Virus record (IMG/VR): IMGVR_UViG_2645728010_000001
DNA from: a virus
Lineage: Duplodnaviria > Heunggongvirae > Uroviricota > Caudoviricetes
DNA: 16,327 nt
Direction: 5' to 3' (one strand)
The notes under the pieces are model-generated. The model had not been told where the DNA came from. It did no database searches and saw only the letters and a program-made list of their open reading frames with translations. Shown here piece after piece: positions 7,574-15,043 of the stretch. Each line of letters starts with the position of its first letter. The stretch's first letter is position 1. Both the position numbers and the translations under genes were made by a program.

Positions 7574-8098
7574 TTATTGTTTAACCCATAATAGTTCATT
7601 GACATTGAATCCCAACTTTTGAGCGGTACGCACATAGTCTGCTTTTACATTATCTGGAATAGTTTGGGTCCTTGCCAGAATCCATAGGTATTCTCTGTTC
7701 GGACCACTGACAAGAGCATACTTATACTCATCATCCAGTTTGATTACATTATAGCCACCATAGAAGGGGCCAAAAAACGAAACTTTCAACGCTGCAGTTT
7801 TAGTATCTCCAGTAAAGTATGCTTTACCTTCGCTCTCGCTCCATTTGTTTTTCGTTGGATCGTATCCACGGTTAAGTACGCGAATCCCTCCGTCGTTCCG
7901 TTTTTCATAAGTAGCGCTGACCTGTTCCAGACCACGTTCGAACCAGTTCTCGAGGCGAGCTATTTCATACCATTTTCCGAGGTAGCGGTTGGCGTCAAAA
8001 TTTGTAATCGGCTGCACACCTTTAGGTGGTGTCGGAGCCTTACATGCTATAAGAGTGAAAGAGAGTGCAATGCCAGTCAACACAGGCCATAACTTCAT
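7574..8098 (-). CDS. outer-membrane lipocalin lipoprotein, Blc family (diverged)
   Basis: 174 aa; signal peptide with lipobox LIAC; lipocalin motifs NFDANRYLGKWYEIARLENWFERGLE, FGPFYGGYNVI, YLWILART; AGGA RBS. Confidence 0.85.
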   Translation of the reverse strand: MKLWPVLTGIALSFTLIACKAPTPPKGVQPITNFDANRYLGKWYEIARLENWFERGLEQVSATYEKRNDGGIRVLNRGYDPTKNKWSESEGKAYFTGDTKTAALKVSFFGPFYGGYNVIKLDDEYKYALVSGPNREYLWILARTQTIPDNVKADYVRTAQKLGFNVNELLWVKQ

Positions 8099-8290
8099 AA
8101 TAAATCCTGTACTTTTGATAGTTGAGAGTAAGTATGAAAGATAGATGAGTACGACCGATCACTTAAAGAACTTTCCTACTATATTAGGAATAGTCAATAA
8201 CAGAAAAATTGTCAGTGATGAAGCCAGAAAGGCAATTTAGTCCGTGCACTACAAAGTTTATGTGTTAATGAATTAGTCAAGGGGGAGGAA

Positions 8291-8440
8291 ATGATAAAAA
8301 AACCTGTGATTGGGATCAGCGGTTGTTTGGGCGGTTCTGCTGTTCGTTTTGATGGTGGTCACAAAAGAGATGACTTTTTAATGGACAAATTAGTGGAATG
8401 GGTAACATTCAGACCAGTATGTCCGGAAATGGCTATATGA
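8291..8440 (+). pseudogene. 5' fragment of a DUF523-type gene truncated by IS3
   Basis: Strong RBS GGGGGAGG; MIKKPVIGISGCLGGSAVRFDGGHK resembles DUF523 N-termini; ORF stops in a TGA supplied by the IS3 terminal repeat; 49 aa where about 150 is expected. Confidence 0.45.
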
Positions 8441-8467
8441 TCCTACCCACGTAATATGGACACAGGC

Positions 8468-9334
8468 CTAAGCGAGGTTCTGGTTTTCAAATTGTTCCGG
8501 ACTGAGGCCGCCACACCAACTGTGCCGCCGCCACCGATTGTAATCACATTCGATATAATTAAACACCGTTGCCCGCATTATTTCCCGGCTGATAAAGTGT
8601 TCTCCATGGATACATTCCACTTTCAGCGAATGAAAGAAGCTTTCCACGCAGGCATTATCGTAGCAGCAACCTTTTGCGCTCATACTTCCACGCAGATTAT
8701 GCCGCTTCAGTTGCGCCTGATAATCTGCTGAACAGTACTGGCCTCCACGGTCCGTGTGAACGATAACGTTCCGGGGCCTCTTACGCCGCCACAGCGCCAT
8801 CTGCAGGGCATCGCAGGCCAGTTGCGCCGTCATGCGTGGCGACATTGACCAGCCAATAACGGCACGTGACCACAGGTCAATGACCACTGCCAGATACAGC
8901 CAGCCTTCATCTGTACGTAAGTACGTGATGTCTCCTGCCCACTTCTGGTTCGGGCCACTGGCGTAAAAATCCTGCTCCAACAGATTTTCTGACACAGGCA
9001 GGCCGTGTGCGCGGTAGCTGACCGGGCTGAACTTCCGGGAGGCCTTTGCCCTCAGTCCCTGACGGCGCAGGCTTGCCGCCACGGTTTTTACGTTAAAGGG
9101 GTAACCCTGAGCACGCAGTTCATCCGTCAGGCGTGGGGCACCGTAACGCTGTTTTGACCGGGTAAAAGCCGCGAGGACAACGCTGTCGCAGTGTTGGCGG
9201 AACTGCTGACGCGTGCTTATCCTTGTCCGCCGCTGACACCACGTATACCAGCCGCTGCGGGCCACCCGGAGCACGCGGCACATTGCTTTGATGCTGAACT
9301 CAGCCTGATGTTTTTCAATAAAGACATACTTCAT
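8468..9334 (-). CDS. insF: IS3 transposase OrfB (DDE integrase-like)
   Basis: 288 aa; matches recalled IS3 OrfB; overlaps orfA in ATGA arrangement. Confidence 0.9.
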   Translation of the reverse strand: MKYVFIEKHQAEFSIKAMCRVLRVARSGWYTWCQRRTRISTRQQFRQHCDSVVLAAFTRSKQRYGAPRLTDELRAQGYPFNVKTVAASLRRQGLRAKASRKFSPVSYRAHGLPVSENLLEQDFYASGPNQKWAGDITYLRTDEGWLYLAVVIDLWSRAVIGWSMSPRMTAQLACDALQMALWRRKRPRNVIVHTDRGGQYCSADYQAQLKRHNLRGSMSAKGCCYDNACVESFFHSLKVECIHGEHFISREIMRATVFNYIECDYNRWRRHSWCGGLSPEQFENQNLA

Positions 9335-9630
9335 TTCAGGCGCTTCGCGAAGTATGTCGCGGCCTTTTGGAGGATAGCCAGCTCTTCATCCCGTTCTGCC
9401 AGCTGGCGTTTGAGACGTGCAATCTCGGTAGACATCTCCAGTTCACGTTCAGAAGACGTCTGCTGATTTTGCTGTTTACTGCGCCAGTTGTAGAGTTGTG
9501 ATTCATACAGGCTGAGTTCACGGGCTGCGGCAGTAACACCGATGCGTTCAGCAAGCTTCAGGGCTTCACTGCGAAATTCAGGCGAATGCTGTTTACGGGG
9601 TTTTTTACTGGTTGATACTGTTTTTGTCAT
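9331..9630 (-). CDS. insE: IS3 transposase OrfA (HTH)
   Basis: 99 aa from ATG ([31 protein letters not shown]...); the ORF track's longer start is an upstream GTG. Confidence 0.9.
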   Translation of the reverse strand: MTKTVSTSKKPRKQHSPEFRSEALKLAERIGVTAAARELSLYESQLYNWRSKQQNQQTSSERELEMSTEIARLKRQLAERDEELAILQKAATYFAKRLK

Positions 9631-9663
9631 GTGAGTCACCTCTGACTGAGAGTTTACTCACTT

Positions 9664-11592
9664 AACAGCGCACAGGCGGCAGCGGCCTCGCAGACTGCAT
9701 CGGCAAACTCCGCGACAGCAGCTAAAAAATCAGAAAACAACGCGAAAAATAGCGAGACAGCAGCAAAGACGAGCGAAACCAACGCAAAGTCCAGCCAGGC
9801 GGCAGCGAAAACAAGCGAAACGAATGCCAAAACCAGTGAAACTGCGGCGAAAAGCAGTCAGGCTGCAGCAGCCGAAAGCGAGAGTGCGGCAGCCGGTTCT
9901 GCGACTTCAGCAGCTGGATCAGCAACTGCTGCAGCTAACAGCCAGAAAGCAGCGAAGACGAGCGAAACTAACGCAAAGTCCAGCCAGACGGCAGCGAAGA
10001 CCAGCGAAACGAATGCCAAAGCCAGCGAAACTGCGGCGAAAAACAGTCAGGATGCAGCGGCCCAAAGCGAGAGTGCCGCAGCTGGTTCTGCAAGTGCGGC
10101 GGCTTCTTCTGCCACTGCATCAGCCAACAGTCAAAAAGCTGCAAAAACCAGTGAAACCAACGCAAAGGCGAGCGAGACTGCGGCGGCTAACTCGGCGAAA
10201 GCATCCGCTGCAAGCCAGACGGCTGCAAAAGCAAGTGAAGACGCAGCCAGAGAGTATGCAAGCCAGGCTGCGGAGCCGTATAAACAAGTTTTGCAGCCGC
10301 TTCCCGATGTGTGGATACCGTTTAACGATTCACTGGATATGCTTGCTGGCTTTTCGCCTGGTTATAAGCAAATAACTGTAGGTGATGATGTTATTAAAAT
10401 GCCATCCGATAAGGTTGTTAGCTTCAAACGCGCATCAGGTGCAACATACATTAATAAATCAGGAGTATTAACCGTTGCTGAAGTTGACGAACCGCGATTT
10501 GAACGAGAAGGTTTGCTGATTGAAGGACAAAGAACCAACTATCATCTTAATTCACTTACGCCATCTAAGTGGGGAGCTACAACAAGTGTAACTATAACAG
10601 AAAGTGGTGTTGATGAGTTTGGCTTTACTTATGGGCGGTTTCAAATAAAGGACGAAAAAATTGGGACAAATACGACAATGAATATCGCTGCGGTTTCAGG
10701 AGGAAGAGGTGTCGATGTTACTGGAACTGAAAAGTATGTTACAACATCATGTCGTGTAAAAAGCGATAGTGCTAATATACAATGTCGTATAAGATTTGAA
10801 AGATATGACGGGTCCGCATATTTTTATCTGGCAGATGCATATCTTAATATAACAGATATGTCCATTAGGAAAACGGGAGGAGGGGCTGCAAGAATAACCG
10901 CCCGAGCGGAGAAAGAATCTAATGGATGGATTTATTTCGAGGTTACATATCAATCTGAAGCTATTGATAATATGGTTGGCTCTCAGATCCAAATTGCTCC
11001 ACCTGTTTCACCTGGAACTTATTTGGGCGGGGAATATTTGGATGTTACGACACCACAATTTGAAGGCGGCTCATGCGCATCATCTTTTATCATTTCCGAT
11101 ACAGTTGCATCAACGCGAGCAAGCGATATTGTTACATTGCCTTGTAAAAATAACATGGCCAGCAAACCTTTAACCTGCATGGTTGAAGTGAATAAAAATT
11201 GGTCTATAGCACCAAATTCCGCGCCTAGAATTTATGATATAACAGGATTTAAAACAAAAGACGACGCTTTTGTTTTTGCATTCAGAAATACAGCAGGTAG
11301 TGTAGGAACTCCATATGTTCAATTTGGTAATCCAATATCATTTCCACCTGGAAATTACCCAAGAAAGATTATCGCTGTATATAGAATAAAAAGCGATGGC
11401 AAGTTTCAGGCTGGCTGCAATGGGGTTTTATCAACACCAGCATCAACAACGTGGAAGAGTGTTAGTGGTGCTACAGGTATAAGGATTGGAGGCCAGACTA
11501 CAGCCGGCTTACGTCATTTATTTGGTTATATCAGGAATTTTAGAATATGGCATAAAGAATTAACCGATGCGCAAATGGGAGAGATAATATAA
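9664..11592 (+). pseudogene. side tail fibre gene stf, 5'-truncated at the IS3 junction
   Basis: Open frame without start codon begins at the IS3 boundary; N-part is repetitive (KTSETNAKASETAAK-type repeats), then EPYKQVLQPLPDVWIPFNDSLDM junction and a low-GC C-terminal domain ending GLRHLFGYIRNFRIWHKELTDAQMGEII. Confidence 0.8.
9766..10200 (+). repeat. tandem 189-bp (63-codon) repeats with 45-bp sub-repeats inside stf
   Basis: Near-identical units starting about 9766, 9955 and 10144; boundaries approximate. Confidence 0.6.
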
Positions 11593-11873
11593 TGCGAGAT
11601 TTAATTATCAAATTCACAGACAAGGCCGACTTTTCGGCCTTTATGAAGAGTGCTGGCTATTATGATGACGAGTCGATGCAGGATGATATTCTTATTGACG
11701 TGATAGGTAACGTGTACAAAGAAACCGGAGAACTTACTGAAGATGGCGAGCCGGTATGTGTTAAGGAAGACGGATATTTTGTAAACGTGCGCATCATTAA
11801 TGATGCAAAAAAATCGTCAATATTCGATAAATACGCGGTTGTTGTTGAGCATCAACTTCGTGGCTGGATGTGA
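11592..11873 (+). CDS. hypothetical acidic 93-aa protein (possible tail-fibre chaperone or accessory)
   Basis: ATG overlaps stf stop (TAATG); no recognised family. Confidence 0.5.
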   Translation: MRDLIIKFTDKADFSAFMKSAGYYDDESMQDDILIDVIGNVYKETGELTEDGEPVCVKEDGYFVNVRIINDAKKSSIFDKYAVVVEHQLRGWM

Positions 11874-11882
11874 GGCAGGAAA

Positions 11883-12587
11883 ATGGCTACATCGACAGTA
11901 ATTCCAGGAGATATCACCAAGCTAAAGGGGGATGTCAGTAAAGCTAAGGAAGATATTTCATCAATTAGCAGAAAAGTATCAACGCTTCAGACTGAGATGA
12001 CCAGTGCAAAGCAGGATATCAGCTCCAGATACACAAAAACTGAAGTTGATAATAAGCTGAAAAACAAAGTGGAAGTGAACGATCTGGAAAGTGGTCGTTA
12101 TGGCGGAGATTTTTATCCACTGACAGGTCGTGAAGCGTTTTATTTATGGAATTTGGCCACGACTACAGCGGCGGCAAACCTTTATCTTAATCCTGACCCT
12201 GCAATTTCGTCTGTGCTGCGGTCAACATCGTCTATCCGCTATAAACATTCAGTAGAGACAATAGATTCAGAGCACGCCGATCTCATTTTCAGGATGCGCC
12301 CTGTGTGGTACAGGTCGCAATGCGAAAATGACAGGCGTGACTGGGGATTCTACGGATTGATTGCCGAGGAAGTAGGAGAAATTGCTCCTCAGTTTGTACA
12401 CTGGCGACCAGCTAACGAAGATGATGCTCCTGAAGCTATTTCCAGCAATGGCCTTGTTGCCGAAGGTGTAATGTACGAACGTCTGGTTGTTCCACTGATT
12501 CACCATATCCAGAAACTGACTGAAAGAGTTGATGAACTTGAGTCAGAATTAAAGTTGTTATTAACTTCCCGAAGCGATATTAGATAA
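11883..12587 (+). CDS. short fibre-like protein: N-terminal coiled coil plus C-terminal intramolecular-chaperone (peptidase S74-like) domain
   Basis: 234 aa; motifs SSIRYKHSVETID, GLIAEEVGEIAPQFV, NGLVAEGVMYERLVVPLIHHIQKLTERVDELESEL resemble the autocleaving C-terminal chaperone domain of phage fibres and tailspikes. Confidence 0.55.
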   Translation: MATSTVIPGDITKLKGDVSKAKEDISSISRKVSTLQTEMTSAKQDISSRYTKTEVDNKLKNKVEVNDLESGRYGGDFYPLTGREAFYLWNLATTTAAANLYLNPDPAISSVLRSTSSIRYKHSVETIDSEHADLIFRMRPVWYRSQCENDRRDWGFYGLIAEEVGEIAPQFVHWRPANEDDAPEAISSNGLVAEGVMYERLVVPLIHHIQKLTERVDELESELKLLLTSRSDIR

Positions 12588-12597
12588 AGGAGGAGTA

Positions 12598-12891
12598 ATG
12601 GATATAACACCTTTTCTTCATGCGCTTTGTGCTGTGGCTGCGCAGACACTGGTTGGTCTTTTTACCGGAAACTGGGCTTATGGGGCGATAGCTGGTTGTA
12701 CGTTCTTCATTGCGCGTGAACACACCCAGGCAGAATATCGCTGGATTGAAATGTTCGGGCATGGCAAGCGGATTAACATGCCGTGGTGGGGCGGTTTTGA
12801 TCCGCGTGTTTGGGATGTGGCAAGCCTGATGGATTTTGCTGTGCCGGTGGTGGCGTGTCTGCTGATCTGGCTGTTGGTTAATCGTGGGTGA
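12598..12891 (+). CDS. small membrane protein (97 aa, about 2-3 TM segments), function unknown
   Basis: Strong RBS AAGGAGG; hydrophobic segments AVAAQTLVGLFTGNWAYGAIAGCTFFIA and FAVPVVACLLIWLLV. Confidence 0.55.
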   Translation: MDITPFLHALCAVAAQTLVGLFTGNWAYGAIAGCTFFIAREHTQAEYRWIEMFGHGKRINMPWWGGFDPRVWDVASLMDFAVPVVACLLIWLLVNRG

Positions 12892-12901
12892 AAAAAGGTG
12901 A

Positions 12902-13021
12902 GCTGTATATGCAACGGAGGAAGAAACCCCGTTGCTGGAAGCCAGGAAAAAGTATCGGGTGTTGCTGAACCGTGTTGATACGTCAACTGCACAGGATATT
13001 GAATGGCCAGCACTGCCGTAG
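12902..13021 (+). pseudogene. orphan 3' end of a tail fibre assembly gene (tfa remnant)
   Basis: Start-less open frame ...[31 protein letters not shown] resembles the conserved Tfa C-terminus, just upstream of pin where tfa lies in Rac/Qin. Confidence 0.45.
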
Positions 13022-13118
13022 GGTAAAACATATAAATTCTATAATTAGATGTATCTTTCCATTTACGGCAAGGAAGGGGGCTTGGAAGACGTAAAGCATC
13101 TCACACCGAGATTATTTT

Positions 13119-13709
13119 TTATATGTCAGGTGTCTGAAGTTTTGCTTTGGCTCTTAAAATGGTTTGCCGCGAGGTTTTGAATTCCCGGGCAATGGCACTT
13201 ATACTTACACCTGACTTAATCCGTTCGAATACCACCTGTTTCTGTTCTTCATTTAACACAGGTGGTCGACCAAAACGTTTCCCTGCGCCCCGGGCTCTTA
13301 CTATCCCGGAATGAGTGCGTTCAAGTAAAAGGTCTCGTTCAAATTCAGCGACTGCTGAAATTACTTGCATCATCATTTTTCCTGTTGGACTGGTCAGGTC
13401 AATGCCCCCCAATGCTAAGCAATGCACTCTGATACCTGTTTCGGTCAGTTGTTCCACTGTTTTCCTGATATCCATTGCATTACAACCAAGGCGATCCAAT
13501 TTTGTCACAATCAATTGATCACCACATTTCAGGCGAGCAAGCAACCGGTTAAAACCAGGACGCTCACTGGTTGCTGCTGAGCCGCTAATGTGTTCTTCGA
13601 TTATTTGCTGAGGTTTGATTTTAAAACCTGCACTTTCGATTTCCCGGCGTTGATTTTCGGTGGTCTGATCCAGCGTTGATATCCGACAGTAAGCAAAAAT
13701 TCGAGACAT
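13119..13709 (-). CDS. pin: serine-recombinase DNA invertase (Pin/Hin/Gin/Cin family)
   Basis: 196 aa; [12 protein letters not shown]...with catalytic-Ser context (CRIST), resolvase fold motifs and C-terminal HTH ([18 protein letters not shown]). Confidence 0.9.
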
Positions 13710-14024
13710 AGTGAGACTCTATACGAAATTGGTGTTCATATCATAATGCATCTCAGAAAATAATTTTGATTATTTTTGTGCATATTTGTATGTACACGTT
13801 CGAAAATAAACGAATGCGTATGCAACCCCGTAATTTTGGTGAGACCCAAAATCGATTTTGTGAAAAATGGCTTTAACTCGGTTTGTTTTTCGAGTTCCAG
13901 GCGGACTCAAGGAAGAAGAATAGTGTTGCGTGTTATTTTAACCAGATTTCAAGTTGTTTGGTCGTGGAAAAGTGGAGCAAAATGTTGTTAAAGTGGAAAA
14001 TGATAAAAAAGTAAGTTAATTATA

Positions 14025-14258
14025 TTACATTTTACCATTTAAATTTTGGTTGTCTTTAAGAACTGATATCGCTGTTTGTAATAATTCTTTGTTATCCAGC
14101 CATGATTTTTTCTTTATGTTTCCTTCAATGTAATCAAGCAATGTTCTGGTATTGATAGGTCTTCCCTGTTTTGCTACTTCCACTACAGCATCCCCTAGGA
14201 TAATTCTTACTTCAGGAAGCTGCGCAGGGAACCACTTTAGGGTGTCTTTTGATTTCAT
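14025..14258 (-). CDS. ydfK: YdfK/YnaE-like small prophage protein
   Basis: 77 aa from internal ATG with AAGGA RBS (MKSKDTLKWFPAQLPEVRIILGDAVVEV...); the longer ORF-track start lacks an RBS; position next to pin as in Qin/Rac. Confidence 0.6.
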   Translation of the reverse strand: MKSKDTLKWFPAQLPEVRIILGDAVVEVAKQGRPINTRTLLDYIEGNIKKKSWLDNKELLQTAISVLKDNQNLNGKM

Positions 14259-15043
14259 GAAGATATTCCTTAAAATATTATTGATTTTCATTGCGATATT
14301 GTATGTCTGATTCAGAATATGTTGACTTATACATCGGTTTTGTCTGGGTTATTGGATATGCCAATCCCTAATTTTATTAGGGCATGACTAAAAATGCTGA
14401 ATATGATAAGGAGAGAAGTGATTATCAGTATGCTGTTCATATAGCCTCGAATTATTAATGTGTTATATATGATATAGTTGACGATTTTTATCTTGGGTGT
14501 TCTTAAAGTTCGTAGATAAACATTGTCGTTTCAGGTATACAGGAATGCTAACAGGTGGCAGCAAAAATCAGGCGGTTTATGGCGCAAGCTGAAGCGGCAA
14601 CTGCAAACTATCTTATGCAGAGACTCTACACGGATTGGGTTTAAAAGTATACATAGATAACAGTTTTTATCTGAAGAAGAAAAATATCAAGGTGATATAG
14701 CCTATATGCCTTTGATGCGGAGGAATGAATGTGATGGGAGTGATGTATCTGAATAGTTGAAAAACCGCAGACACGCCTTATGCAAGAACGTGCTGCGGTT
14801 GGCTGGTAAATTTTTCGATAGTGTGTGTATTGAATGATTTCCAGCCGTTCTTGATTTTACGCATAAATCCATGAAAAAACCACTTATCTGTTGGGGAGTT
14901 TTTTTGGGGCATATATGGGACAGAAATAGGCCCCAGATAGACACTGAGATCGAACTCAGGATGCTTTTTAAAAAATGCAACTATCTGAAAAAACCTAGAA
15001 AACGCCAAGGGAACCACAGGATGGGAAAAAACACCTGTGAATT

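Larger units (their letters stand above)
8438..9664 (-). mobile_element. IS3 insertion sequence, intact right end, orfA-side terminal repeat missing
   Basis: Terminal repeat TGATCCTACCCACGTAATATGGACACAGGCC at 8438; orfA/orfB overlapping pair; no inverted counterpart of the terminal repeat on the other side, where homology stops about 30 bp short (from recalled IS3 sequence). Confidence 0.85.

Noticed and set aside
10276-10298. hix/gix-like motif at the stf constant/variable junction as an active Pin crossover site
   Set aside because: No matching partner with the same core in inverted orientation was found, and the only candidate near pin would place pin itself inside the invertible segment, which is atypical; treated as a relic.
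9824-10375. 183-aa plus-strand ORF rich in R/K/Q/L
   Set aside because: Alternative reading frame of the GC-rich stf repeat region; low-complexity translation; the stf frame is the one that carries recognisable fibre repeats and continues into the C-terminal domain.
14702-15017. Minus-strand ORFs 14702..14980 and 14778..15017 and plus ORF 14871..15080 in the junction region
   Set aside because: No RBS, low-complexity hydrophobic/basic translations in an A+T-rich tract; likely non-coding.
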